This document shows, piece after piece, positions 1 through 11,950 of a stretch of DNA of 64,000 nucleotides (position 1 is the stretch's first letter; every line of letters begins with the position of its first letter). Source of the stretch: Oikopleura dioica. Taxonomy: Eukaryota; Animalia; Chordata. A model generated the notes under the pieces. That model worked only from the letters and a program-made list of their open reading frames with translations. It was not told where the DNA came from and searched no databases. The translations under genes were made by a program, and so were the position numbers. Where the stretch lies: assembly GCA_907165135.1 (NCBI GenBank), contig OU015569.1:5394001-5458000 (forward strand). Reading direction: 5' to 3'.

Positions 1-126
1 GGTCTGTAAATGGCCGACTATCTATAATTCCTTCTCTAATTCCCCTGACTGATTCATTCTTCATCCGACAATCAATTCCTGATCTATTCCACTTCTGACT
101 TTTTCTATACTTTAAGAAAAGTTGAA

Positions 127-600
127 ATGAGCACTGAGAAGCCGATCAAGAGAATTCCAGTTCGAAAAGCCCAGGATTTGCCAAGTGATTGCAGTGGAAC
201 TCCAGGTCAGAATATTTTTAGCTAGTTGTGGTTAAAAATACCCACTCTTAGGCGGGACAATCTATGGAACGACCCCTGGAGGCACGAAAATCATTTATGA
301 TCGCCTTTATCTCCTTCGAATGCGGGATCACGTCGTGTCGCAGGTAACGGAAGCATCTTAACGTATTTAAAACAAAGCTACAAGACACCTCCACGAGACA
401 TGCCAAACATTCCTGGAGTAACGTGCGTCGAGTCCTTCGTTTCTGATTCCACAACAAACAACGCTTGCGAACATGGAAGAGTCGAAGACAACAAAAATGG
501 TTCATATTTTTTATAACTAAAATTGATCTATCTTGCAGCCATAGACGAAGGTCCTGAGGACAACCTCAAAAATCAATATCCGGACGAATTGGAACTCTAA
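127..600 (+). CDS. EIF4EBP: eIF4E-binding protein (4E-BP), 4 exons
   Basis: Manual GT-AG splicing (introns 206-251, ~344-384, ~500-538) gives MSTEKPIKRIPV...[49 protein letters not shown]...YPDELEL*. It has the two TPGG sites, the YxxxxL-phi eIF4E-binding motif and the TPPRDxPxIPGVT motif of 4E-BPs. Confidence 0.93.
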
Positions 601-754
601 ATTCTCTTCAACCTTTCTAAAGCCGCAGTCACGGTAGCACAGTAATATGCTCGTTTACTATGTTTTCTTCACTGTTCAAATCACTGTCATTCAACCTCCA
701 AAGTTAAATAAATAATTTCGATGAAATTCGAAGTGATTGTGATGTATTTGCAGT

Positions 755-1251
755 CTAAAGATATTTAACTTTGAGTTCTTCGGTGCCCGTATACGGATCA
801 ACAGCTTTGGTGTATTCTTCTTCTTTGAGAATTCCAATCACTAAAACAACAGTGTTCCCCACTGTTGTATCGCCAAAAAGATCGCCACCTGCTACTGCTC
901 CCTCTTCATTTGCGAGTGTTATCTTGTTTTAGATAGAATATGTTAAATTAACCTAACTTACCTTCAAATCCGCACCGAAATTATCTGATACTGGTCCAGT
1001 TAGTGACAATAATGTAAAGTTTCCCCGCAAAATATCGATCATTCCACTCGCAAATTTGATATTTGCTCGCGTTAGATGCCCCGTGCCGGAAAGAACTACG
1101 CCTGCATGAATTTCATTTTCCGTGAGAAATGTTCGCAACTCTCTCAGTATATCTGTCAGGAGAGATCGCAATAAGCGCTTCAACGCGTCATATTTTTTTG
1201 TGACGATCCCTATTCTTTTCCCTGTCGAAGACGGACAGTTACGGTATCCAT
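755..1251 (-). CDS. Stand-alone PPC/DUF296-domain protein, 3 exons
   Basis: Spliced product MDTVTVRLRQ(GK)DILRELRTFLTENEIHAGVVLSGTGHLTRANIKF...GNFTLLSLTG...LKITLANEEGAVAGGDL...VLVIGILKEEEYTKAVDPYTGTEELKV follows the DUF296 pattern RLxxGxDL...GSL...GxFEIxSLxG...GGHL...DPxTGxxEL. Confidence 0.8.
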
Positions 1252-1507
1252 TTTATTTCTCTTTTTTTTCTAAATAAACGAAGAGATTTCATCGTGACCT
1301 TTGACCAGCTGACAAAGGGATTCACACTTCGAGTATCGTTGAAAGAACCGTGTTTCAACGTCGATTACCGATATTTCCTATTTTTCGTTAGTTTCCATCT
1401 TTATTTATTCAAGTCTCACTATAATCTTAAAGATTATCTTATAGAACTCATTTTATTAGCATTTTTTTATTGTACGAGCTATGACAGTACATTAAGCGTT
1501 TCAAGAT

Positions 1508-3221
1508 TTATCCTCTTCCGGGAAACGGGAATCTTCCTCCTTTGGGAGGAAAAAAGGCTTCAGTTGTTGTTGTTGTTGTAACGGTTGTCTCAGGAGAAGT
1601 TTGATTCCAGTTTGCCGGTCGAGTAATATTCCAGACAGGAACACTGCCCGTGAAGCTTATTAATGATCAGTAAATTATGATATTTTTTTTATAAAATTAC
1701 ATCATTGGGTCAGGCGTTGGTGGTTGTGTCACTTCTCGCTTGAAAAATGGAGGCCTGTATGTCGTCTGATCGGCCAAGTCAATCACGTAATCATCCCTGT
1801 ATCCGCCTGGGCGGAAGTCCGCTCGGAGAATATCCTCGCTGCAAACATCGGAAATCTGGAAATCAGGAATCATTCCTGTATGTCGGTCCACTTTCGAATC
1901 TAAGGAGAGTTAAAAGAAAGCAACGAGCCTAATTTTTCTACCATCTGAACAGCCGAACGGGAACATGCTCAAAAAACATTCCATTCGAGTAATATTGTAT
2001 CGTCCCTGATCGTCTTAAAAACGTAAGCAAAGAACATTTTATAGTATTACCAAAATATCCAAGCGCTTCTTCCTTGCACTCTTCATAGCTTTTGCCAGAC
2101 CACCAGTCAGTAACGCACTCATAAATCTTCGTGGACAGAATGTAGCCTTGCTACTAGGAGTTAGGATACATTTTTCCAAGATACACATTACCTTGCAAGG
2201 CGAATTAAAAAATGTGAATCGATCGCAGTACATGTTGTTATCCTCATCATACGATCGCTCACCTTTTCCTATTTTCTTTTATTTAGCTGTTGGAATCAAC
2301 GAAGATTTTTACCTTCAGCACATTGGCAAGTATAGTAACCATTTCCATTAACGCATTCAAAGTCAGGATCAAAGTCACAATCGTGTGTTCCGGTTGCGCA
2401 TTCGTCGATATCTACCAAAATAGAGAAATCAAAAGATGAGATATCTAGTTAACCTTCGCAAACTGTTCCTTCCTCTCCTTCGGGAGACTTGTCTACAAAA
2501 CCATCTCGACAGGAACAAGCATATCCTTCTCCGTTCTATAATTACATGAGTTTTATGATGGGATAAATGATTTACCTCAAGATTATCACAATTTGCGGAT
2601 TTGTGACATCTATAAGCCCCTACGTCCTGAAGTGTTGAACGAATCGTCCAATCGCATTCATTAATATCTTAAAATATTTGAATGATTTTACTCAATTATC
2701 TTTTATTACTCTTGATGTCAACTTACCAAGACATTGGGACATTTGCGTAGTTTGATTGGATACCTTCCATGTTCCTTCGGGACAGACGAGATCGTTGTCC
2801 AGTACAGTGAGTTGAGACATCTTCTCTCTGTTCTCGAGAATGTTCTTGATCTCGTTAACCAAGAAGCGGACTTTATTGTACTTTTGGTTTGGTAAATTCA
2901 TATCGCCATTGAGGACGACCAAATCGCCGGTTCTCTTTGCGAACTTTGAACCTTCCCGATAGAAGCCCAAAATCGGAATGATATCACCCCGGACAAAGGG
3001 CCGGTAATTCTTGGGTTTCTTCCCATTCATTCTATGTTAAAATTATATTATTCTTTAACATTGAGCTCGTCATACTTTTGGAAGTCCTTCGCTGCTTCTC
3101 CGCGTAGATAAGTGTAATACTTTCCTTTGGAGATTCCATTTTTCTCTTCGTCCCATGAAAGCCCATTCTCTTTGAATATCATACAACTGGAGACAACTCC
3201 TGCTAGAAAAACCGACCTCAT
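1508..3221 (-). CDS. Secreted protein with a calcium-binding EGF-like domain and Thr-rich tail, multi-exon, otherwise unidentified
   Basis: Signal-peptide-like start MRSVFLAGVVSSC at 3221. Exon ~2290-2410 encodes DECATGTHDCDFDPDFECVNGNGYYTCQCAEG (cbEGF pattern). The last exon encodes PETTVTTTTTTEAFFPP...*. ORFs 2692-3030 and 1697-1891 are internal exons. Confidence 0.6.
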
Positions 3222-3702
3222 GGTGAGATTTTTACTGATTGCCTATTCCAGAGGAGAAAGTTCGTTTTATATTCACCACTGGGTGGTGATTTATCATTAT
3301 TACGGAAATTCGGGACTTTTGAAAAGGCTATTTTTAGAATACACACAGCCTCTGTCTTGCGCTTCAGCGAGCTCAAAAATCCCTGTTACGGGCGACTGAA
3401 ATTTAATCGTTCACCTGACAGCCTGATGAAGCACATTATTCCTTAAAATAGTTATGAAATAGATCAAACCAATATTTTCTTTCATATTCGTCTTGTGATT
3501 TATTTGATTAATAAGGTATTTGTGAGTTTTATTTACAGTGTCAGTGATAATGTGATATTGATGAGTGGCTGATTAGACGAATGTTGCTTTGTGCTTCTTT
3601 CTGTACACAGTGTTCGTCAATCGTCGGTGATTAGTAGGTGAATGCAGTCGACTTGCATCGGTTAATATCACAGATTATTTTTAACAAAATTAATTTCTAA
3701 TC

Positions 3703-5901
3703 TTAGTAACCGTTTCTTAATGAAGCTGGACTTGAGTGACTTTTCGGAAGATTTGCACTTTCCAGACTTTCGTGTAATGTGGCCTTGAACAACGGATGTC
3801 GATGGAACTTCTCATTCAGAGACTCGTAGGTGTCTTCCTCATTGTATCGAGATGAATCCCTTATTGGTGTGAAGAAGTACGGGTCTAGTTGCCAAACTAA
3901 CCAAGTAAAAATATGTCTTTTCACGTTCCTTGAGGATTCTTCCCAGTCTGTTACAGTCTCGCAAGTTTCAACGGGCATGAATAGGTTTTCCATCGACTCG
4001 TGAGAGGTGAATTCATGTGAGCCAATCTCTTCTGACCGAAAGTTGTCGAACAAGCTGTTTAAACTGCTTATGTTTCCACTTTCACCCATCATCGAGTTGA
4101 AGCTGGTCTGAGGGAAGCCCTTGGTTGCACTTCCGAAAAGAGCGTAACCAGCCGCTGCAGAAGGCATCACTCCTTGGAGATCGCCTCCGAAGGCGTCAGA
4201 TGGTGTGTGCTGTCTGATCTCGTCGTCAAACTCTTGTCTTTCTTGAAGAAACTTTGGCAAACTAAGTTCTTCCTTGTTTAGCAGTCCGCGCTGTGTGTCG
4301 ATTCGTCCTTGAGGTGGACGTAGTCTGCCACTATTCGGCTCCGAAGAAGGGTCAGAAGAAACTGAAGTGGTATCGCCTCGCAGCGACGAAAAGGCAAATA
4401 CGCATCAGATGCTCGTCTAAAAGAGACAATAAGCATTTATGAGCGCTCTCTACTTACTGAGGTTGAAACGGTGACAATTCTGGTGTGACCTTTGATTTCG
4501 TGAGCATTCGTCGGAGTCCGAAACTTTCTCTTCGCTTCCTCTTTTTCTTAGCTGTTCGAAATCCAGGTCGCCTCTCGAGAAAAGGGCGGTCCACGTTTAG
4601 ACTCTTTGAACTTTCATTTTTGACTTCGTCGAAGAGAGAGTCGCCAATATCGTTTTTCCTGACAAGAAAAAGTCTCTTGTTATCGACTTTAAACGCGTGA
4701 TCATCAATGTCAACAGTATTCTCTGAGCCATTCTGAGAGTTTGTATACAGACGAAAGTTGTTTGGGTCTTCGCCGGAATACTTTTCCAGAATCGGCAATA
4801 TTATGTCGCGAAGTGGTTTTTGCGGTTTTACTCTAAATGTCATGTTTTTCTGCATAATTTTAATCTCAATGTACCTGATGGCAATCCTTTTCTTTAAATC
4901 AATTAGATCAAGCTTGAAAGAACAGCGCAATTCCGCCCGCAAGTGACAATTCTCAAGCTCCATCGAGTTCTGGTCCATCAAAAGTCGATTCTCGCGACTT
5001 TCGCCAATCAACATCCAGTCAACGTGATTTTTATCGATGTCTAGTCGCTGGACAAGGCTATCGAGAACATCCTGTACTGTTCGATCGTCGGCCAAATTCA
5101 CCGACAAATTGCGTCCGTCGCTGAACTGAACGTAGCATTTGCCGGTTCTGGAACCATCTCTCCTTGGTTTGTTCTCCTTGTCGGGATCGAAGCCCCAACG
5201 GAGTAGCTGTCCGGCGTCTACAGACTTACGCCGCTCTTTTTTTGGCCGCACGTTCACCGCCTTCTTCAAGATCTGAAACGCGGATTTTTTTGGCTTTGCA
5301 GTATCGCGTCGTTTTTCGTAGGCATCACAGATATCCTCCTCGCTCACTGACTTATGCGTCAGCTCTAAAAGTACGATCACAACAATTTGCAGCGCAGTTG
5401 ATTTTTACCGAGTTGGACTAATCTGCGGTACTGCTCCGACTTGATGAATCTGGGGTACGAATCACGCCGCATGAGATCGTAAATATGATTCTGTTGGAGC
5501 CGGAAGGAATCGCGGTGCCACGAGCTGCACATTTTGACGCTACTCTCTAGCTTATGAGGAAGATTGACTGGAATTTCCGCGCTATCGCCAATGTACTTTT
5601 TCACAAGCTTGAAGGCGATTCGCCGCCGTTCTTCCTCCCCAAGCGCATTCTTGAAAACTTCGCAGTCGATCCAAAACTGGAGATTTTCTTCGGAGTGCTC
5701 CTTTTTCAGGTGATATGAAAATGCCGTTCGCCCAAGCGCGCAACCTAGTACACCGTCTAGCGAAATCGCCCAGCGCGCGATCTGGCCAGCTGTGCACGAG
5801 CAGTGATCGGCGATTGAGTTCACCGAGCCGCTCGGTCTAGGCGTTGCAAGTAACGGCATTTTCTCCCCCGACAGCGTCTCCGAACTTGCTGCTAATCGCA
5901 T
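3703..5901 (-). CDS. RGS14: RGS12/RGS14-like regulator of G-protein signalling (RGS domain, two Ras-binding domains, degenerate GoLoco)
   Basis: RGS box (FSYHLKKEHSEENLQFWIDCE...IYDLMRRDSYPRFIKS) in 5377-5901, tandem RBD-like segments in 4454-5380, and IDTQRGLLNKEELSLPKFLQ resembling the RGS14 GoLoco end DQRGLLxKEDLxLPxFLQ. A further 3' exon near 3390 is possible. Confidence 0.85.
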
Positions 5902-6489
5902 TTTCGCCTATAAAATATCTTTAACAACTTAATAAATTGAATATAATAAGGAAACCAAGTTAACTAAGCTTACTACTGAAAAGAATAACATTGTTTTTCT
6001 GAAATATATTCAGACTTTTATATTTTGTGAAAAGAGCATAAAATCACTTCAGCTGACAATACTAACCTCATTTTCAGATCGTTTGCTCAGCAAATTTGTA
6101 AAATCAGAAGACAGCCTCCTCGGCCTGGGCAATCCTGCAGGCTTGAAAGAAGTCGGCGTATCTGTCAGACACCACGAGCGATTTTTGTCGTCAGATTTTG
6201 ACATCGCAAAAAAGGCAAAGTTCTCTCTTCTCTAGGCGAGGCGGTTTGTGCAGACTGGCATTAATTCAGACTAGTGTCGCTTCCGCGCCACTTTTCAGTT
6301 ATCTGATGAGCGCGATCAAAATAACGTATTTTTATGCATGAACTTTCAATTCCGTGCTGTTTTTCTCGCAAAATAATTTTTATGTACAAGTTTTAATAAT
6401 TATAGTATTCTAAAAGGTTTCCAAAACGGTTTCCAAAACGGTTTAAACCATAACAATTAAATAACATTGATGTATGAACAAGACCCATT

Positions 6490-7340
6490 TATGGGAAAAA
6501 TGGGGGGGGGGAAGTAGCGAACCAGAAGCACTATCCTTGCCCTAGTGATGTTTACTTTGACCTTCGCTCACAGATTTCCTGATAAGGGGACAGGTAGCCA
6601 TCCTTATCGACTAAGAACGCAGAAGCCACAGATGCGACTCTCTCGATAAGAGACTTCGATACAGTACTTTAAACTTTAATTGGCAGTAAACATGAGCTCA
6701 AGGATGGGGGAGCTTAAGGAGAGTCGTCTATGTTTGCGAGAATCGCATTTCATAATCCGGACCTTGAAAGATCGAGGAAGCGTTCTTTATCTGACATAAC
6801 ATTCTGTCACGAGAGACATGTGACCTCCTTGGGAACAAGGGGTCACTCAAGTGGACGCAACTCTTCCGGACAGCGAACTAAACAAGATCCCGTTAATTAA
6901 AGCATCTGTAGAACGAGAACAAACACTGCGGCTCGGCCCTTCGCAAAGAACAAAGAAAAATACTCAGCAACCGCAGTTATCGTTAAAACGGAATAACCCT
7001 GCACGTAAAGACCGCTAGTTCATACCAACGAAAATTTATACTGCTCAACCAGAAGCTTCTTTCGGATGCGTGTAAAGCAATTTCGAGTCCTGATGTTCTC
7101 GTACCCGGGCGCGGAATGTCTTCCCAGCGCCAAAGAGGTAGCTTATGATAGGATTCTTCCGTTTGTTTGAGATTAAGAAGATGAGCTGTGTATTTTGGCA
7201 GTTATTTGCGCGATTTCAGCAGTTGAGTGAAATGTCAAGGGTACCAAAGATCGCAATAAATGTCTACTCCGGGCGAATTAAGCAGCTCCTGCGAATTTCC
7301 TCTCGGGTTTTCCGATATCTGAGTTGTTTTAAGGTGTTCA
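6490..7340 (+). mobile_element. Possible LTR-like remnant (polypurine tract plus putative 3' LTR)
   Basis: Non-coding ~850 bp block starting with a purine run and G10 (6493-6514), with an internal GNRA hairpin (6820-6846) and AATAAA at 7255. No second LTR, TSD or retroelement ORF was found. Confidence 0.2.
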
Positions 7341-8732
7341 GTATTTTAAATTTAACGTCTAAAATTATAAGAATTAAGAAGTGTCATATACTAAGAAGTG
7401 GCATGAATGACAGAAATCCTGAGATCTAAAAAAAACGATGAGTTACACCTCCGTTATTCTCCAGAATTTTAAAAATTCGTTCTGAAAAGCCCATTTCCGG
7501 CGACAGGAGCCTTTCTGACTGGCGTTTCGCAATCGTCCGTATCGGTCCGCTCGTAACGTGCTGGCTTGATGTGGCGCTCCGAGAACGTAGCGAATTGAAA
7601 AGAAGGCGAAAACACTTCCGGCCACGGTCAAATTTATCGATCAAAGCACGGCGCCTGAACATGCACACAGTATGGATCCAGTAACTAGAAGCTCTCGTGC
7701 GGCGCCGCGGAGCCCTATTCTGCACTGAAGGTGTGTGTGTGTCTTCCCGCGTATTCAGGACGAAACTCCCTATGCAATTTTGATTTTTTTAGAGTTCGTA
7801 AGAAGAAAATTTCAGAGGGATGACTTGAAGAAGCAAGAATGAACGACATCATCCAATTGCCTGCAAAAATTTATAACAGCATTCGAAAAACAAGCGTAGA
7901 CCATAGCAAACTAGAGAAAAACGAGAACAAAACCAGGAGAGATATCATTTTATCGCGTAATTTTTAAACGCCATTTCAATCATAGACGAGAACTCTTTTA
8001 TGATCTCATCTGAAGGAAACTCTCCTGCCCGGATATCAGCCAAAATCAAAAGAGTCGAAAGAAATCCTTCAGTAGACCGAAAATTATCAGTAGAAAATCG
8101 TCAATATCAGGATCACAGGAATCGGCGAAGTTTTTATTAAAAAATTCCTTATTGATTTCCGGACTCCCATACTAAGCTTTTTCTAAATACAACCTTCATT
8201 ATGAATCGGTGCTTATATAATAAATATTATATATTTACAATTGCAAAAGGTGAAGCGACGGATTATTTTTCTTTTGTTTTCTCTAAAAAAGGATCGGTCA
8301 GCGTCACGCAACTGACCGGTTCAGCGAAAAGCACTGCGTCTAAATGCGAATGAACAAATATTAACTGACCGGACATTGTCGGAAATAACTTTTCGACAAA
8401 CTTGTCAAAGATCTTTAGTGTGTTTTGACTTTGACTTTTTCGATCGCGTTGGCGATTGAGGAATGCGCGGACGTGTATTTATTTTCTGTGATCAAAGGTA
8501 GCTCTTCCGTCGCGCTTGGTGACATCACATTTCCTGAACGGGTTGATATCGCCTCGATATCGCTCCCGTCTGGACTTGGAGTCGTGGGCATCCGTCAGTT
8601 CTTTCTTGCACGAGATGAACAGTAATTCTCCTATTCGCTGATAGTTAAAGTAAACTCTTTCAACCACCTCGAAAATATCAACGTTAATCTTTTCAAGTGG
8701 TAGCCCGAGAATAAAATTAAGCCGTTTTAAAG

Positions 8733-11364
8733 ATAAACCTGCGATTTGCGATGCTTGGCGAGCCGAACTGCGGCAAATCAGCTGTTCTCGTTCGGTACCT
8801 GACCGGACGTTTTATTGGAGAATATGTTAAAGGTAATTATTTGCACTTCTCTAAGGCCTTATTTGAAAGTTTAAATGGACAGTAAAATCCGACAGGAGAA
8901 CGGAGGAAAACATTTGATTTTTCTTCAGACATTTTGGCAAGATATTTTTTTGTGGGAAAAATATTTCAGCTCGTTAATCGCAATTATTATATGCATTTTG
9001 GATAGCGGCCAAGAGTTCTTCGAATTAACCAGAATGGCAAATTTCAGCAAAAATAAATCAGCTCTGGAAATGTCATTGCTTGATCGAGGGGTAAAAAATC
9101 TTGTAGTTAATGTTAGAACTCGCTGAGTCAAATCAAGCTGCCTTTGGACAGCTGGTGTCACCCTGTGCTAACTCAATGGGCCTTACTTCTCCAACCCGAA
9201 AGAGCTCTTCTGCTCTAAAAATAGTGTGAGACTTCCTTTTCGAATTGTAAATCGTGAAACGGACTTGCTCTGGTCAAAATTTTTTATCGCAAATATGCAT
9301 TATGCATCGTGAAATGTACTTTCATTTTGAATTTTCGTTGACAATTTGGGTCAGCCCAATTTTGCACTGTCACAAGTCAGAAGTATTGCGTGAGTTTATT
9401 CTGGCACACACTGACAGCGCAATTAAGAGTCAAAGGAAATTCCTTCATTACGAAGTCAAAAAGGCAACACATTGATAGCCAAGTTCAAACATAAACAACC
9501 AACTGTTAGGCACTGCGCGAATAGATAAACAGATAGAAATTCTTCAAGAAGAATTCGCGCTGTTTACACTCACAGCTTTTTTATTGTGGAAATGGGCTAG
9601 AAATCAGTGGGCTGTCGTGGAAAGAAGGATTTGAATATGTTAGAGTTTTCTCATTTCAGTTTCTTGTCGACATAATAAGTCGATTAAATAGCGAGTGCTC
9701 ACTTGCAAGCTCTAGATCGTCCATTTTCCTTATCAGAATGTTGAACTTTAACTCACGTTGATACGCTACGTTTTTAATTTGGAAATTCTTCGCTTACATA
9801 ACTAGTTTCGTGAAAGTTCGGCTAGAATCTGCTCGCAACAGTGGATTCTTATTGCCCCTATAACCGATTCAAATTATCTGACAATTTCCGGTCACTGACT
9901 TTTGATTTTATCAGATTCGGATGGCGTCGACCGCACTCAAACTCGATTTCCGCGAGCTGCGCAAATAGCGCTACCGGATTTCCGCGACAGTAACTGCTCT
10001 TAGCTCAAACTTCATAAACTTCGCAGCATTACTTCCGCTGGAAATATCTGCGTTCCATTTATAGACGAAAAAGCCCACTCGCGTAGGAGGAAATTTGACG
10101 AAATGCTCAGTGATTTCATCATTACATCAGCTTTCCTATATTTATCCTCGTTTAGACAGATCGCTGAAGTATAAACATAAAGCGAACATTATGGGAAAAT
10201 CTATCGCCGCTGAATTCATCGACCTGTGCTCCGAGGACTCAAACAACTTCTGCCCGATAGAACGATGTGACCTTGACGGTGTCATTGTTGTGTAAGTAAT
10301 CTGTATTTGAAAACTCGACTTTTCAATTTATTCTTTTCAAATAGCAACAGCTATTTTAATCATTGGTATATCCTTAAGTGCGCGAGGCTTATTTGAAAAT
10401 TATAAATTTTTCCAGATTCTGATGTCAACACCGTTTTTCGGCCAGTTACAGTTGCTTGTCTAGTTCGAGTGTTCCATCTGGAGTTATACACTTGATTTTG
10501 TAGCTCATTCAGATGAACAAATCTTAAGGGTGGTAAATTTGAGATTTCATTTGACGTGAAACTCCTTTTTATTCCTCGCAATCCACAAACTCCTATTTTA
10601 GCTATGATACGACCTCACAGACGTCCATAATTCACTCAAAGGCGGAGTTCAAACAAATTTCAGCATAATCACCCTAAATATTTTTGAATGGATTGATTGA
10701 ACACCCTTGAATACAGGAGATAGTGACGACGCTGAATGCTCTTCGAATACCACATGTTATAGTAGGCAATAAAAGAGACCTTGATGGGAACGCTGGCTTG
10801 CCTGTCGAGCTCGAAAAGAGTCAGAACCACTTCACCGTTTCCGCCAAGGAGGTATGCTCAAAAGCAGTTTCAACATTTATCCGATTCAGAAGACAGACGG
10901 CGTCATCAAAGCCTTCAGCAACCTCTACCACCAATTGCTGGATATCGACACAGCCGAAGGTAACTCTTGCATAATTATGACCTCTAGTACCATCCTATTT
11001 TCGCCAGAGAAACTATTTGGGCTAGAGTCAACTATTTCCGGTTACGCTTGTTGAATTTCTTCGGAAACTCTTTCAAATAACCGTATTAGAAAATTCGTTT
11101 AGGACAAGTGTCGAAACGCTTACGAGCACGGAAGCACAGTACTGTTGAGATTCCACAGAGTTTGACAAGACTCAACTCGACAAAGAATCGCCGACAGGTA
11201 AGTTCAAATCATGGAATTCGGATTCCAGCCGATAACGCACTCTGATTAGCTACTTACATTATGACAAGGGTAACCCTCAACAAACAGCGATATTGTCTAA
11301 AGACTTCGATCAGTTGTATTTTCAGATTTTGCGCGGAAGCCAATCACTTACGGTTAATCATTAA
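8733..11364 (+). CDS. RERGL: RERG/RERGL/RASL11-12 family Ras-like small GTPase, multi-exon; start exon not resolved
   Basis: Exon 8733-8832 encodes INLRFAMLGEPNCGKSAVLVRYLTGRFIGEYVK (P-loop plus the RFIGEY signature). Later exons encode FIDLCSE (G3), DGVIVVYD, IVGNKRDL (G4) and VSAKE (G5). The first intron is ~1.3 kb. Confidence 0.85.
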
Positions 11365-11428
11365 TCCTTCAAATCATCCGTCATTTTAGACAGTTGGAGG
11401 ACGACACGGACCTGAAATCAAAAAGGCC

Positions 11429-11950
11429 CTAAGCGCACATGAACAAAACAGAGTCTGTGCTACTCTCATCACGCCGAATTTGACGCCCTCCGCCACCAAT
11501 ACCACAATCAGCGCAGGGTAAGTCAAGTTCTTTCCGATTTTCACATTCTTGCACTTCTATTTTGAAAAAAATCATAAGTTGGGCGTCAAGAAGGCGCCGC
11601 ATTAAGCCAAAAAGTCTTTTTCTCGCAAATATTGAACCCAAACGGTAGGACAAAGTTTTTGTCAAGGCGGAAATTTGCACATGGCTCGATAATGTTAGTG
11701 CAGCACGTCTGAATTTTTGCGCTTCAGCTTGAATCCCGTTTGCTCTCTTTGACGTGCCACTGCCAGCTGTATTCGCACATGTCGCTACTGTGGGGTTTTT
11801 TTTACCTTGATATTCGAAAAATCGCTCTTCACTACCTTGAACTTGCACAGTTTTCTCATTCAATGGCATAGAGAACCGGTTCGTCATCGGAAGTGGAGCC
11901 ACTCTTGTCTGCTCATTTTTTTTAAATAGCCAAGTTCGTAAATTCTTCAA
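11429..11950 (-). CDS. Orphan protein, probably containing an in-frame intron
   Basis: 173-codon ATG ORF with coding-like ends and an AT-rich intron-like middle. No recognisable domain. Confidence 0.4.
   Translation of the reverse strand: MKNLRTWLFKKNEQTRVAPLPMTNRFSMPLNEKTVQVQGSEERFFEYQGKKNPTVATCANTAGSGTSKRANGIQAEAQKFRRAALTLSSHVQISALTKTLSYRLGSIFARKRLFGLMRRLLDAQLMIFFKIEVQECENRKELDLPCADCGIGGGGRQIRRDESSTDSVLFMCA

Noticed and set aside
6415-6445. Short tandem duplication GGTTTCCAAAAC x2, plus similar micro-duplications at ~26805 and ~63238
   Set aside because: Two-copy slippage duplications with no wider structure.
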